Of a stretch of 64,000 bases of DNA, positions 29,221 through 42,121 are shown in pieces. The notes under the pieces are model-generated. The model worked only from the letters and a program-made list of their open reading frames with translations. It was not told the origin of the DNA and did no database searches. Origin of the DNA: a bacterium (GTDB lineage Bacteria > Bacillota > Clostridia > Christensenellales > DTU072); the NCBI GenBank assembly GCA_963644945.1, contig CAVIQK010000002.1, forward strand, positions 111,326 through 175,325, in the 5' to 3' direction. Within the stretch, counting starts at the first letter, position 1. Each line of letters starts with the position of its first letter. The position numbers were made by a program, and so were the translations under genes.

Positions 29221-30258
29221 ATGAAAACAGAATTATCCGAAAGAAAAAAGAAAATATTAAAGGCAGTAGTTGAAGAATATATTGAAACGGCTACACCTGT
29301 ATCAAGTGGCGGAATAAAAGAAAGACACTTTGACGAAGTGAGTTCTGCAACAATACGTGCAGAGTTATCCACCCTTGAAGATATGGGATATTTGATTCAG
29401 CCTCATACCTCTGCAGGTCGTATTCCTTCTAAAGATGCATATCAACTTTATGTGTCCGAATTTTTGGAAGAAAACCCTTTGACACCGAGAGAAATCAGTT
29501 TTATAGAAAATTCGTTCAATGAGCATTTTTCGGAAGTAGAAGATGTAGTCAAACGCACTGCGAAAGTTATTTCCGATATTACCAACTATACTTCGGTAAT
29601 TGTATTAAAAAACATCAACAAGGTTACGATTAAACAAATAAAACTTGTCAGCCTTGATGAGATGAGTGCTTTGATTATAATTATTACCGACTCAGGAATA
29701 ATTAGAGACAATGTCATTTCTATGTCGGCGCCTGTCGGTGAACAAGGCATAAAAGATGCTGCCGCACTTCTAAATAAGATTTTTGCAGGCAAAACGGTAT
29801 ATGAAATAAAACATCCCGATGAAATTGTCGAGCAAGAACTTTGTTCGATAAAAGAACTTTATCAAAATCTTGTATCAATTCTGGACAAATATTCCGAAGC
29901 CAATGAGAAAAATGTCGTTATCGAGGGTGCTTCCAAGATGATTGAACATGAAGATACCGATATAGAATCGGCAAGGAACTTTGTAGCGCTAATTGAAAAG
30001 AAAAACGAAATAGTCGATTTGATTGATAGAGATGAAGATATTGAGATTTCTGTAAGAGTCGGAAAGGGCGACGACGGAGGTCTTGATAATTGCGCTATTG
30101 TGACCGCTGTATATAAGATAGGCGGAAAAGAAATAGGGCATGCCGGTGTAATAGGTCCGGAAAGAATGAATTATGGGAAAGTTACTTCCGTATTAAAATA
30201 CATAGCAAAAGGACTTGATTCCATAAATAAAAAAGGAGATAGCAATGGCAAAAAGTAA
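29221..30258 (+). CDS. hrcA: heat-inducible transcription repressor HrcA
   Basis: LSERKKKILKAVVEEYIETATPVSS winged-helix N-terminus; 345 aa; CIRCE upstream, grpE downstream. Confidence 0.94.
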   Translation: MKTELSERKKKILKAVVEEYIETATPVSSGGIKERHFDEVSSATIRAELSTLEDMGYLIQPHTSAGRIPSKDAYQLYVSEFLEENPLTPREISFIENSFNEHFSEVEDVVKRTAKVISDITNYTSVIVLKNINKVTIKQIKLVSLDEMSALIIIITDSGIIRDNVISMSAPVGEQGIKDAAALLNKIFAGKTVYEIKHPDEIVEQELCSIKELYQNLVSILDKYSEANEKNVVIEGASKMIEHEDTDIESARNFVALIEKKNEIVDLIDRDEDIEISVRVGKGDDGGLDNCAIVTAVYKIGGKEIGHAGVIGPERMNYGKVTSVLKYIAKGLDSINKKGDSNGKK

Positions 30259-30781
30259 GGCAGGTGAAGATGTAAAGAAAAATGCTCCCGAAGAGAGTCA
30301 ACAAAATCTCGAATCTGAAAACGTAGAACCTGAAGATCAAGTTGTCGAAGATCCCCTAGAGGCCGAAAAAAAGAAAACTCAAGAGATGAAGGATCTTGCT
30401 CAAAGAGTTCAAGCCGATTTTGAAAATTATCGCAAAAGAACTCAAGATGCTACAAAAAAAGCCAAGCAAGAAGCGGAAGATGATATTTTGACAGACCTCT
30501 TAGGTGTGCTTGACAGTTTTGATAGGGCTTTAGTTCAAATCACAGACGAGGGACTATTAGAAGGGCTTAATAAAATAAGAAAACAATTTACCAATTTCTT
30601 TGAATCAAAAAATGTCGAAGAAATCAAGGCAGAAGGCGAACAATTCAATCCGATGATCCACAATGCGATTATGACGGTTGAAGATAAAGAAAACGAAGAC
30701 AAAGTTGTCGAAGTTTTACAAAAAGGATATAAGCGTGGTAATCACGTTTTAAGAGCACCTTTAGTAAAGGTTGCAAAATAA
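30245..30781 (+). CDS. grpE: nucleotide exchange factor GrpE
   Basis: RVQADFENYRKRTQ signature; FNPMIHNAI; LRAPLVKV C-terminus. Confidence 0.94.
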   Translation: MAKSKAGEDVKKNAPEESQQNLESENVEPEDQVVEDPLEAEKKKTQEMKDLAQRVQADFENYRKRTQDATKKAKQEAEDDILTDLLGVLDSFDRALVQITDEGLLEGLNKIRKQFTNFFESKNVEEIKAEGEQFNPMIHNAIMTVEDKENEDKVVEVLQKGYKRGNHVLRAPLVKVAK

Positions 30782-30788
30782 AAAATAG

Positions 30789-32624
<1,836 letters not shown>

Positions 32625-32627
32625 CAT

Positions 32628-33779
32628 ATGGCAAATAAAGATTATTACGGCATATTAGGAGTAGATAAAAATGCGAGTGCGGACGATATAAAGTCCGCAT
32701 ATCGCAGTTTAGCTAAAAAATATCACCCGGACGTGTATGCCACCAAGAGTGATGCCGAAAAAAAAGATGCCGAAGAAAAATTCAAAGAGATATCTCATGC
32801 TTATGAAGTATTGAGCGATCCGAATAAAAAAGCTGCTTACGACCAATATGGCGACGAAAACGGTCCGCAATTTACAGGTGGATCCGGTGGTGATTTTGGC
32901 GGTTTTGGCGGAGGTTTTTCCGGGTTTGAAGACATTTTTTCAAATATCTTTGGCGGAGGCTTTTCCGGAAATACAAGAAGTTCGAGATCTAGTGACCGAG
33001 AAGGCGATGACATTGAAATTCAAGTTAATTTGTCTTTTAACGAAGCCGTTTTCGGTTGTGAAAAAGAAATAACTTTTTCACGTATTGAAAAATGTTCGCA
33101 TTGTGGCGGAACAGGTGCCAAGGACACTGCAAGTTTCAAAACTTGTACAAAATGCGGAGGTTCCGGATATATAAATATAAATCAACGTACTATTTTCGGA
33201 ACTATGCAATCACGACAAGTTTGCCCTGATTGTGGCGGAAAAGGCAAAATTATCACTAATCCTTGTCCTAATTGCGGTGGAAAAGGTAGAATTAAAAATC
33301 GTACAACGCTTAAAGTTAAGTTCCCTGCCGGAATGGACGATGGCAAAACTCTCACAAAACCTCATGAAGGGCATGCCGGAAAAGGGAAAGGAGCCAACGG
33401 CAATTTGTTCTTAATTTGTAAAGTAGCCCCTAGTCCTCTATACGAGCGTAAAGGTTACGATATCTATTTGAATTTACCTGTAACTGTGTTTGATGCAATA
33501 CTTGGTAAAAAGATGACGATTCCGGGACTTAACGGACCTCTAGAATTCAATCTTCCCGAAGGTACGCCCAACGGAAAAGTGTTTAGATTTCAAGGGAAAG
33601 GTGTTAAAGTTATCAATAAAGACTCTTACGGAGATTTTTATGTAACAATTTGTGTTGATGTTCCTAAGGGACTATCATTAAAACAAAAGAACAACATCGA
33701 GGATATTGCTCAAAATATTAAAGATGCAAAATATGATCGTATTGAAAAATATAACAAAATATTAAAGAGTATGAAATGA
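32628..33779 (+). CDS. dnaJ: molecular chaperone DnaJ
   Basis: J domain with KKYHPD, G/F-rich linker, four CxxCxGxG zinc-finger repeats. Confidence 0.97.
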   Translation: MANKDYYGILGVDKNASADDIKSAYRSLAKKYHPDVYATKSDAEKKDAEEKFKEISHAYEVLSDPNKKAAYDQYGDENGPQFTGGSGGDFGGFGGGFSGFEDIFSNIFGGGFSGNTRSSRSSDREGDDIEIQVNLSFNEAVFGCEKEITFSRIEKCSHCGGTGAKDTASFKTCTKCGGSGYININQRTIFGTMQSRQVCPDCGGKGKIITNPCPNCGGKGRIKNRTTLKVKFPAGMDDGKTLTKPHEGHAGKGKGANGNLFLICKVAPSPLYERKGYDIYLNLPVTVFDAILGKKMTIPGLNGPLEFNLPEGTPNGKVFRFQGKGVKVINKDSYGDFYVTICVDVPKGLSLKQKNNIEDIAQNIKDAKYDRIEKYNKILKSMK

Positions 33780-34702
33780 AATACGCATCCATAACTATTT
33801 TTACAACCAAAGAAAATGTTGAAAAAGTTGCAGATTTGATGTGGACAGTGTCCGACGGAGGAGTCGAAGTTTTTGATGCGGAAGATCTTAATGTAACTCT
33901 TAAAGATTTTTCGTGGGATTACCTTGACGAACCGCTTAAAAACGAATCTAATGGTGTACCGTATGCTAGATGCGTAGTCGATGCTTCATCCGCAAAAGAT
34001 TCATTAGAAAAACTGTTGAATATTTGTGCAAAAAATTCAATAAAAATTGATATATCGGATACTGATATATCTTTTTTTGATGAACAAGATTGGGAAAACA
34101 GTTGGAAAAATAATTATCAAAAAGTAGTTGAGGGTAAATTCTCAATTGTTCCGGTATGGGACAAAACAGATTCCGACAACGAGAAAACCGTATATATAAA
34201 TCCTGCATCCGGATTCGGCACAGGTCAACACGAAAGCACCGCAATCGCTTTGTCGCTTATGAACGATATTGATTTTGCGAACAAAAAAGTTTTCGATTTA
34301 GGTACGGGGAGCGGAATTTTAGGTTTGGCTTCGTCTAAATTTGGTGCTTGTTATGTAAGACTTTCCGATTATGATCCCGAAGCAATAAATAATGCACGTG
34401 AAAATGTATTGTTAAATAATGCGGAAAATTCAACGGATTGTGTCGTAGAAGATGCATTTACCGCAAAATTTGACAATGACTACGATGTTATTCTTGCGAA
34501 TCTTACAGCCGATATACTAATGAAATTGACGGAAAAGTTGTATGCTTCATTAAAGAATAACGGAGATTTGATTGTGTCGGGGATACTAACTAATAGGTTA
34601 GATAGTCTTGTTTCGTCATTCGAAGCAGTGGGATTCAAAACAAAAAAATGCGAAAAAAGAGGCGAATGGGCCGGAGTTGTTTTTGTAAAAGATGGACATT
34701 AA
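33776..34702 (+). CDS. prmA: ribosomal protein L11 methyltransferase PrmA
   Basis: [29 protein letters not shown] motif; ATGA overlap with dnaJ; Bacillus-like position. Confidence 0.9.
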   Translation: MKYASITIFTTKENVEKVADLMWTVSDGGVEVFDAEDLNVTLKDFSWDYLDEPLKNESNGVPYARCVVDASSAKDSLEKLLNICAKNSIKIDISDTDISFFDEQDWENSWKNNYQKVVEGKFSIVPVWDKTDSDNEKTVYINPASGFGTGQHESTAIALSLMNDIDFANKKVFDLGTGSGILGLASSKFGACYVRLSDYDPEAINNARENVLLNNAENSTDCVVEDAFTAKFDNDYDVILANLTADILMKLTEKLYASLKNNGDLIVSGILTNRLDSLVSSFEAVGFKTKKCEKRGEWAGVVFVKDGH

Positions 34703-35402
34703 AAGATTTTTTGTAAAAGAAAGTGATATTGACGGCGATTTCGCATATATTAGAGATGAAGAATTTTTTCATGCAACGAAAGTCCTTAGACAAAAAGTAG
34801 GATATACAATTATTTTGTGTTCCGGCGACGGTTACGATTTAGTTTGTACAATTTTAGAAATTTCTAAAAACTTTATTAAAGCAAAAATAAATGAAAGAAT
34901 TAAAAATTTTACCGAAAATAAGACTAATATTGTGCTGTTGTCATCAATAGTAAAAGAAAGCGATTTTATTGTGCAAAAGGCTGTGGAACTAGGTGTGAAT
35001 GAGTTTATACCGCTTAGAACACGATTTGTAAATGCAAAATTTGATATTGATAGAAGTAAGCGCATCGCTTTACAGTCAATAAAACAGTGTGAAAGAGCAA
35101 AACTGATGACGATAAAAGATGAAATGACTTTTTCCGAAGGACTAAGATATGTCGCAGATTTTGATTTGAAAATTCTCCCTTACGAAAATGCTACATCGGG
35201 AAAAATTTCTAATATTGTTAAAGGTGGAGAGAAAAATGTCGCACTGTTGATAGGTCCCGAAGGCGGTTTTGCCGAAGAAGAAGTCCGTCTTGCGTTAGAT
35301 TCCGGATTTAGCATTGTAACATTAGGGACTAGAATATTGAGAGCCGAAACGGCTACAATATCTGCATTGGCATTGACGCTTGATGCGCTTGGAGAAATAT
35401 GA
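34692..35402 (+). CDS. rsmE: 16S rRNA (uracil1498-N3)-methyltransferase RsmE
   Basis: RFFVKE...HATKVLR PUA-like N-terminus, GPEGGF, RILRAETA SPOUT motifs. Confidence 0.9.
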   Translation: MDIKRFFVKESDIDGDFAYIRDEEFFHATKVLRQKVGYTIILCSGDGYDLVCTILEISKNFIKAKINERIKNFTENKTNIVLLSSIVKESDFIVQKAVELGVNEFIPLRTRFVNAKFDIDRSKRIALQSIKQCERAKLMTIKDEMTFSEGLRYVADFDLKILPYENATSGKISNIVKGGEKNVALLIGPEGGFAEEEVRLALDSGFSIVTLGTRILRAETATISALALTLDALGEI

Positions 35403-36421
35403 AAGCAGTAATTTTTACATTAGGTTGTAGAGTAAATCAATATGAAAGCGATGTTTTTGCGGCTGGATTAAAAGGCGTCGGATACGAAGTTTCCGATGAG
35501 TTAGAGTATGCCGATTTATATATACTCAATACTTGTGCGGTCACAAAAGAAGCAGAAAGAAAATCTCGTCAACTTGTGACAAGAGCCAGGAGATATAACC
35601 CTAATGCGAAAATTTATCTATGCGGTTGTGCATCACAAAAGAACAAAGCACAATTTGCCGATATGGGGCTAAACGGAATATACGGCACCCAAGATAAATT
35701 TGATTTGCTAAAAGATTTAGGTGTACAAAAAAATGGTATATATACGACAAGAGAAAAAAAATATATCAACATACAAGACGGCTGCGATAATTTTTGCACA
35801 TATTGTGTAATACCGTATCTCAGAGGTGTAAGTCGATCAAGAAACGAAGATGAAATTGTAAAAGATATATTTGAGGCAGAAAAAGAGGGCAAAGCCGTAG
35901 TTATAACAGGTATAAATATCGCAAAATACGGCATGGACTCCAACACGACTTTGGCAAAATTGATGAGAAAAGTCGAAGACGCAAAAGTGCCGATAAGTAT
36001 AGGATCTTTTTATGTAGAAGGAATCAATGAAGATCTATTGAAGGCGTTAAAAGACCTGTATTGTTTTGTTCCCGAATTCCATTTATCCCTCCAAACCGGT
36101 GATGACCGAGTATTGAAAGATATGGGAAGACATTATTCTACCGATGAATATTTTGACAAAGTTCAACTTATCAAAAAGTATTTTCCGAATGCAAAATTGA
36201 CAACAGATATAATTGTAGGATTCCCGACAGAAACAGACGAATCCAATGAAAATACTATGAGATTTATTGAAAAAGTCGGTTTTTCGGATATACACATATT
36301 TGTTTTTTCAAAAAGAGAAGGGACAAAAGCGTATGAAATGCCGTCATTAGATCCGCAAATTGTAGAAAAAAGAAGATTGTTATTGACAAAATTAAAACAA
36401 AAAATATCTAGTAAGGAGTAA
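35399..36421 (+). CDS. mtaB: MtaB-like radical SAM methylthiotransferase, short form (340 aa, no TRAM domain)
   Basis: N-terminal MTTase cysteines (LGCRVN, NTCAVT, LCGCAS), radical SAM CDNFCTYC. Ends right after the radical SAM core; the next gene starts 5 nt later. Confidence 0.85.
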   Translation: MKAVIFTLGCRVNQYESDVFAAGLKGVGYEVSDELEYADLYILNTCAVTKEAERKSRQLVTRARRYNPNAKIYLCGCASQKNKAQFADMGLNGIYGTQDKFDLLKDLGVQKNGIYTTREKKYINIQDGCDNFCTYCVIPYLRGVSRSRNEDEIVKDIFEAEKEGKAVVITGINIAKYGMDSNTTLAKLMRKVEDAKVPISIGSFYVEGINEDLLKALKDLYCFVPEFHLSLQTGDDRVLKDMGRHYSTDEYFDKVQLIKKYFPNAKLTTDIIVGFPTETDESNENTMRFIEKVGFSDIHIFVFSKREGTKAYEMPSLDPQIVEKRRLLLTKLKQKISSKE

Positions 36422-36425
36422 AAAA

Positions 36426-36767
36426 ATGTGTGATTGTATTTTTTGCAAAATAGCAAGCGGAGAAATTCCTTCCGACAAAGTTTATGAAAGTGAAAATATT
36501 ATTATAATCAAAGACTTGAATCCACAAGCGAAAGTTCATTTGTTGATTATTCCAAAGAAACATTATGAAAATCTTGAAGATGCCGCAAAGCATGATCCGG
36601 AACTTGTAGGGAAAATGTTTAATGAATTTGCAACGGTTAGAGAAAAACTCGGACTCGATGATGGTTATAGATTCGTCTCGAATAAAGGCAAATTCGGATG
36701 TCAAAGCGTCAACCACTTGCATGTGCATGTTTTGGGTGGCGAACAACTTTCCGAAAAAATGTCATAA
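36426..36767 (+). CDS. HIT family (histidine triad) protein
   Basis: CIFCKIASGEIPS..., HLHVHVLGG histidine triad. Confidence 0.92.
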   Translation: MCDCIFCKIASGEIPSDKVYESENIIIIKDLNPQAKVHLLIIPKKHYENLEDAAKHDPELVGKMFNEFATVREKLGLDDGYRFVSNKGKFGCQSVNHLHVHVLGGEQLSEKMS

Positions 36768-36781
36768 AGTTTAATTTAATT

Positions 36782-36810
36782 ATTGACAAATTTTATAATT
36801 AAATGTATAT
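36782..36810 (+). promoter_or_regulatory. sigma-A promoter of rpsU
   Basis: TTGACA (36782-36787), 17 nt, TATATT (36805-36810). Confidence 0.6.
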
Positions 36811-36845
36811 TATTAAAGTATTCCGATATTAAGGAGGTGAGTAAC

Positions 36846-37022
36846 ATGTCTACTGTCTATGTAAGAGAAGGTGAATCTTTGGATAGCGCAATCCGCAGAT
36901 GGAAGAAGAAATGTGCCAACGATGGTATTATTGGTGACCTCCGTAAAAAAGAGCAATACGAAAAACCTAGCGTAAGAAGAAAGAAAAAAGCCGAGGCCGC
37001 TAGAAAGAGAATGTACAAATAA
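36846..37022 (+). CDS. rpsU: 30S ribosomal protein S21
   Basis: ATG 36846 after AAGGAGGTG (track ORF from 36783 is an extension). [22 protein letters not shown]... Confidence 0.95.
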   Translation: MSTVYVREGESLDSAIRRWKKKCANDGIIGDLRKKEQYEKPSVRRKKKAEAARKRMYK

Positions 37023-37046
37023 TTGTTAGTACACGAAAAGATCTTA

Positions 37047-37076
37047 AAAGAGTGCAAAAATTGTACTCTTTTTTGT
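37047..37076 (+). terminator. intrinsic terminator after rpsU
   Basis: AAAGAGTGC-7 nt-GTACTCTTT hairpin (one G-U pair) followed by a T-run. Confidence 0.75.
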
Positions 37077-37157
37077 TTTATGAAAAATAAATTTATTGTG
37101 TGAAAATTGTGGGGAATTTTTGTTAAATTTTCGTAATATTACTTGGTGAACTAGGAG

Positions 37158-38927
37158 TTGAAAAAATTGTATTTTGATCCGGATTTTCTTAGCAAAATAA
37201 AAGACAAAGTAAATGTTTCCGATATGATTTCGAGATACGCTCCGATAGAGCGTAGAGGAAGAAAATATTGGGCGAGTTGTCCTTTCCATGTTGATAAGAC
37301 CCCCTCTCTAATGATTGACGATGATAGGGGATCTTATTATTGTTTTTCGTGTAAAAGAGGCGGAGATTTGTTCAATTTCGTCGAAGAACACGATCATTTG
37401 AATTTCGAGGAAGCCGTTGAATACTGTGCAAAAATTGCAGGATTGGAAATCCCTAGACATGAAGAAACGCCCGAGGCGAGAAAACGCCGAAAACAAATGG
37501 AATCAGGCTATGAATGTTTAAAAGAGACAGCCAGATATTATTGCAATAATTTGTTTAGCGGGAATTTTTCTTTACCTGTTGAATATTTGAAATCAAGAGG
37601 AATATCCGAGTCAACAATGAAAGCGTTTGGACTGGGATATTCAATAGATTATCAATCGCTCGTATCTTATTTAAGCAGTAAAGGTTTTTCATACGAAACA
37701 ATGATGTTTGTAGGAATTGTCAACAAAAATGATTCCGGCGGATACTCGGATGCAGAAGCCAGAAGATTGATTGTACCTCTAATTGACGGCAAAGGTCGTG
37801 TTATTGGCTTTGGTGGGCGCCGACTTGACGAAACGATGCATGGAAAATATGTCAATACAAGAAGTACTCCGATATTTGAAAAAAGACACCAATTATTCAA
37901 TATGAATAATTTTGTGAAATTAGGGACTGACGAGGCAATTCTTGTTGAAGGCTATTTCGATGTAATTTCTTTGTATCAAGCCGGAATAAAAAATGCTTTG
38001 GCGGCAATGGGTACAGCCTTTACCGAGCAACACTGCGAACTCTTTAGACGTTACGGAATAAAAACAATCTACGTGTGTTTTGATGGTGATGCCGCAGGAC
38101 AAAAAGCCACCATTAGAAGTTTAGATTTATTGAAAAACCATGGATTTATTGTTAAGGTTGTTACCATCCCTGACAATATGGACCCGGATGATGCCGTAAA
38201 GAAATTAGGGAAGAGCGGTTTTGAAGAGTTTATAAATAAATCGCTTCCCCTAATCGATTACAAACTTAAACTTGTCGAAATGAGACATCCGCCGATTGAT
38301 TATGATTCGAAGATTGCTTATATAAAAGAGGCCATTACGATTTTAGCAGAACTTGACCCGATAACTGCCGAAGTTTATATTGACAAAATTTCCAAAATTT
38401 CTAGTGTGAAAAAAGACAAATTGATTGCTTTATTAGCGAAAAAAATAGATGAAAACACTAGTGGCTCAGAAAATGAAAATCTGCCAAGCGATATGGGCGA
38501 AAAGATTGAAACCGATGTTGAAACATGGAAACTTGAAGCGGCAAGAGTAGTGCTTGCAGCCTTTTTAGAAATCGCAACATACGCATCAATCGATGATCTG
38601 AAAGAAGAATATTTTGAATCTGAATCTCAAAAGGCGGTATATTCTTATTTGCAAAATTGTATAAAAAATAAAAATACTCCTAAAATATCCGATTTGTATA
38701 ATATGTTGCAAAACGATGCCGAGATTTCAAAAATCGATGCATGTTTTGCTAATATACCCAACAATGAAAAAGGATTACGGTACGACAAAGCCGTTAAAAG
38801 ACTTGAAAAAGACCGTATAAATAATGAAATAAAGAAACTTTCTGCTATTTACACATCTACCGACGATCCTAATAAAAAAGATGAAATAAAGAAACAAATA
38901 ATTCAACTTACAATGAAAAAATTATAA
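37158..38927 (+). CDS. dnaG: DNA primase DnaG
   Basis: Zinc finger [10 protein letters not shown]...CFSCKRGGD, Toprim EGYFDVIS...[12 protein letters not shown]. The true start may be TTG 37167 (9 nt after AGGAG) rather than TTG 37158. Confidence 0.94.
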   Translation: MKKLYFDPDFLSKIKDKVNVSDMISRYAPIERRGRKYWASCPFHVDKTPSLMIDDDRGSYYCFSCKRGGDLFNFVEEHDHLNFEEAVEYCAKIAGLEIPRHEETPEARKRRKQMESGYECLKETARYYCNNLFSGNFSLPVEYLKSRGISESTMKAFGLGYSIDYQSLVSYLSSKGFSYETMMFVGIVNKNDSGGYSDAEARRLIVPLIDGKGRVIGFGGRRLDETMHGKYVNTRSTPIFEKRHQLFNMNNFVKLGTDEAILVEGYFDVISLYQAGIKNALAAMGTAFTEQHCELFRRYGIKTIYVCFDGDAAGQKATIRSLDLLKNHGFIVKVVTIPDNMDPDDAVKKLGKSGFEEFINKSLPLIDYKLKLVEMRHPPIDYDSKIAYIKEAITILAELDPITAEVYIDKISKISSVKKDKLIALLAKKIDENTSGSENENLPSDMGEKIETDVETWKLEAARVVLAAFLEIATYASIDDLKEEYFESESQKAVYSYLQNCIKNKNTPKISDLYNMLQNDAEISKIDACFANIPNNEKGLRYDKAVKRLEKDRINNEIKKLSAIYTSTDDPNKKDEIKKQIIQLTMKKL

Positions 38928-38937
38928 GGAGACCAAA

Positions 38938-40026
38938 ATGGAAGAATTGGAAAACAATATTGAAAAACAACTTGATGAAATTGTTGAAATGTATCAAGAT
39001 AAATCGTCTGTTACTACAGATGAAATATCTCGTATTGCAGAAAAAGAAGAATTGTCTCCGGAATCCATAGAGAAGTTATACCTACTTTTAAAGGAAAAAG
39101 GTGTAAGTATTGAGGATGATTCTGTTGATAGTCGCACCGACAGTGTTATTCAAAAGATAATGAATGAAGTCAATGTTGATGACTCCGTAAAAATGTATTT
39201 GAAAGACATCGGTCGTTTCCCGTTGTTGTCGGCTGATGAAGAAAAAGCCGTCGCAATAAAAATGGCACAAGGTAAAACCGAAGAAGAAAGAAGAGAAGCC
39301 AAAGAGACTTTGATCAATGCAAACCTTAGATTGGTTGTCAGTATCGCAAAGAGATACGTAGGCAGAGGGATGCAATTTTTGGATCTAATACAAGAAGGCA
39401 ACATGGGATTGATGAAGGCTGTCGATAAGTTTGATTATTCTAAAGGTTTTAAGTTCTCTACTTATGCTACATGGTGGATTCGTCAAGCAATCACACGTGC
39501 TATAGCCGATCAAGCAAGAACTATTAGAATACCTGTCCATATGTATGAAACTATCAATAAGGTTACCAAAGCATCTCGCCAATTATTGCAAGAAAAGGGT
39601 AGAGAACCAAGTCCTGCGGAAATAGCCGAATACATGGGTTTGCCGGAAGATAAAGTCGTAGAAATTTTGAATATTGCCCTTGATCCCGTTTCATTAGAAA
39701 CCCCTATAGGCGAAGAAGGCGATACACATTTGGGCGACTTTATAGAAGATACATCATCTATTGCTCCTATGGATGTGACCGAAAAGAGACTTTTGAGTGC
39801 ACAAGTTCAAGATGCATTGTCCATACTTGCTCCTAGAGAAGCAATGGTTCTCATTTTGAGATATGGTTTGAGAGATAATAGACCAAGAACTCTTGAAGAG
39901 GTTGGCAAGGTCTTTAATGTAACAAGAGAAAGAATTAGACAAATCGAAGCAAAGGCACTAAAGAGATTAAAATGCCAAAGCAAATTCAAAAAACTTAAAG
40001 GATTTGTCGATTCAAAGTCCGAATGA
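38938..40026 (+). CDS. rpoD: RNA polymerase sigma factor RpoD/SigA
   Basis: Region 2 [39 protein letters not shown]...[13 protein letters not shown]; region 4 [24 protein letters not shown]. Confidence 0.97.
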   Translation: MEELENNIEKQLDEIVEMYQDKSSVTTDEISRIAEKEELSPESIEKLYLLLKEKGVSIEDDSVDSRTDSVIQKIMNEVNVDDSVKMYLKDIGRFPLLSADEEKAVAIKMAQGKTEEERREAKETLINANLRLVVSIAKRYVGRGMQFLDLIQEGNMGLMKAVDKFDYSKGFKFSTYATWWIRQAITRAIADQARTIRIPVHMYETINKVTKASRQLLQEKGREPSPAEIAEYMGLPEDKVVEILNIALDPVSLETPIGEEGDTHLGDFIEDTSSIAPMDVTEKRLLSAQVQDALSILAPREAMVLILRYGLRDNRPRTLEEVGKVFNVTRERIRQIEAKALKRLKCQSKFKKLKGFVDSKSE

Positions 40027-40649
40027 AATTAGATGAAAGATTGACGGCTGTATTTGATGAAATCAATGCTTATCGTGTTGTTGACATTGGATGCGACCAC
40101 GGTAAACTCGGTGTGGCTTTATTACTGAAGAACAAAGTCCAAAGCGTGCAGTTTGTAGATATATCTGAAAAATCCATTGCAAAAGCGCAGACTCTTGTAA
40201 AAAAATTCGGATTGGAAAAATCTGTAAATTTTATTGTTGAAGACGGTGCTAATGTTTCTTGGAATGGTAATGATATAGTCGTCGTTGCAGGCCTAGGTGG
40301 AAACGAAATCGTCAATATTATAGGAAATAAGAATGTCCCCAAAGGATCGATTTTTGTGCCACATCAAGATGCAGACGTCTTGCGTGAATATTTTAATGTA
40401 AGAGATATAACTGTATCAAAAGATTTTGTTGTAAAGTCTAAGCATAAGTTCTACGATATTTTGGTTGTAGGAGATGGAGAAAAATTTAATGATGATGAGA
40501 TTTTTCTCGGGAAAAACCTACCTAATTCGGAGACTTATAAAGAAAAAGTTGATTATAGATTGGAACAAATATCAAAATATGTTTCGCAACAATCATCCGA
40601 AAAATTAAAAAAAGAGAAGGAGTGTTTAGAACATGCTAAAACTTGGTGA
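40023..40649 (+). CDS. trmK: tRNA (adenine22-N1)-methyltransferase TrmK
   Basis: KLDERLTAV...[18 protein letters not shown]; ATGA overlap with rpoD; Bacillus-like position (yqfN). Confidence 0.85.
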   Translation: MKLDERLTAVFDEINAYRVVDIGCDHGKLGVALLLKNKVQSVQFVDISEKSIAKAQTLVKKFGLEKSVNFIVEDGANVSWNGNDIVVVAGLGGNEIVNIIGNKNVPKGSIFVPHQDADVLREYFNVRDITVSKDFVVKSKHKFYDILVVGDGEKFNDDEIFLGKNLPNSETYKEKVDYRLEQISKYVSQQSSEKLKKEKECLEHAKTW

Positions 40650-41397
40650 TGTTATCAACATTATTGAAAGTGTTGCACCGCTTACCGAAGCAGCATCATG
40701 GGACAACTCCGGATTGCTGTTTGGAAATCTCGATAAGGATATAAATAAAATTTTAGTGACACTAGATCTGACTCCGGAAGTTGCGGATGAAGCCGTAGAT
40801 TTGGGGGTAGATTTAATTATCGAGCACCATCCGAGTTTATTTAAGGGTATTAAAAAATTCGGGACCAATAATGTGGAAGAATTAGCCTTTCTAAAAGTCG
40901 CCGGAAGAGACATTTGTGTATATGCTTCTCATACCGCATCCGATTTTGCATTGCTTGGCCTCAATAATTATTTTGGCGAAAAAGCAGGATTTCAAGATAT
41001 AAAAAGAGTCCAGTGCGGTGACAACATTTTGTTTACTGCAAATATCGCTACAAAATCCTTATGCGAATTGAAAGATGAATTGGCAGACAAATTCGACGAT
41101 AAATATGCCTATTATGTGGGGAATAAAGACAAAAAAATAAATAAAGTTGCTTATCTAACCGGAGGTGGAGCCTCCGTTGAAGAAATATCGTTTGCAAAAG
41201 AATGCGGTGCAGATGTATATATATCGGGCGATATAAAATATCATGCGTTGCGATGGACAAAAGATAGCGGTTATGCTATAATAAATGTCAATCATTATTC
41301 GTCAGAAATTATTTTTGTCGATTATATTGCAAACATGTTTAAGAACACTAATTTAGAAGTAATTAAGTCTAAATGTTGCACTAATCCAAGAAACTAG
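40633..41397 (+). CDS. Nif3-like dinuclear metal center protein (YqfO family)
   Basis: AASWDNSGL, LIIEHHPSLF, VNHYSSE metal-ligand motifs. Confidence 0.88.
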   Translation: MLKLGDVINIIESVAPLTEAASWDNSGLLFGNLDKDINKILVTLDLTPEVADEAVDLGVDLIIEHHPSLFKGIKKFGTNNVEELAFLKVAGRDICVYASHTASDFALLGLNNYFGEKAGFQDIKRVQCGDNILFTANIATKSLCELKDELADKFDDKYAYYVGNKDKKINKVAYLTGGGASVEEISFAKECGADVYISGDIKYHALRWTKDSGYAIINVNHYSSEIIFVDYIANMFKNTNLEVIKSKCCTNPRN

Positions 41398-41409
41398 GAG
41401 ACAAAATTT

Positions 41410-42114
41410 ATGGAAAAATATAATTTAACAGGTTTATTAGAGTATCAAGAAAAAGATAAAAATCTATATAAATGCGAGCAAGAATATATGAATTCTGTCG
41501 CAAAGAAAAACCAAAGATCTATAAACAAAACGATTAAAGAACTCCAAGATCGTTCGATTGCATACGAAAAAGAAATCGAACAGAATTTTTCTAAACTGAA
41601 AGAAAAATGTGATGATGCAAATACCGAGCTAGCATCAATCGAGTGCGAATTGGATAATTACAAATCCATAAATGAACTAAGCGAAGTAAATGCCGAAAAT
41701 GAAACACTAACTCAAATTTTGAACGATATTGATAAAATTGAGAAATATATATGTGCTAAAAAGAAAAGTTTGGATGATTGTGTCACCGCATCAAAAACAA
41801 TTGAACAAAGATTGGTCGAAGCATATAAAAAATTGGCAGTTATAAATAAAGAAGTAAATGTCAAAAAAGCCGAACTTCAAGCAATTGCCCAACCAATAAG
41901 AAGTGAATTGGAAGTTGAAATAAAAAATTTGGATGCAAATGCATATAATAAATATTTGCAAGTTAGAAAATTAAAAGGTCTGCCCGCCGTTGTCACATTA
42001 GAAAACAATTGCTGTGGAGCATGTGGCATGGATATTGGTATTGAAATGCAAGATCTAAATTCCGGCGAAGGTGCAGAATGTCCGAACTGTGGACGTATTG
42101 TCTATAAAAAATAA
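41410..42114 (+). CDS. coiled-coil protein with C-terminal C4 zinc ribbon (COG1579/DUF164 type)
   Basis: Long coiled coil followed by CCGACGMDI...CPNCGRIVY; conserved partner downstream of nif3. Confidence 0.8.
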   Translation: MEKYNLTGLLEYQEKDKNLYKCEQEYMNSVAKKNQRSINKTIKELQDRSIAYEKEIEQNFSKLKEKCDDANTELASIECELDNYKSINELSEVNAENETLTQILNDIDKIEKYICAKKKSLDDCVTASKTIEQRLVEAYKKLAVINKEVNVKKAELQAIAQPIRSELEVEIKNLDANAYNKYLQVRKLKGLPAVVTLENNCCGACGMDIGIEMQDLNSGEGAECPNCGRIVYKK

Positions 42115-42121
42115 TTAAAAT

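Noticed and set aside
32880-32990. Near-duplicate ~20-bp direct repeat (TTTGGCGGAGGyTTTTCCGG) that looks like a tandem repeat.
   Set aside because: It encodes the FGGGFSG repeats of the normal DnaJ G/F-rich linker and is not a structural DNA repeat.
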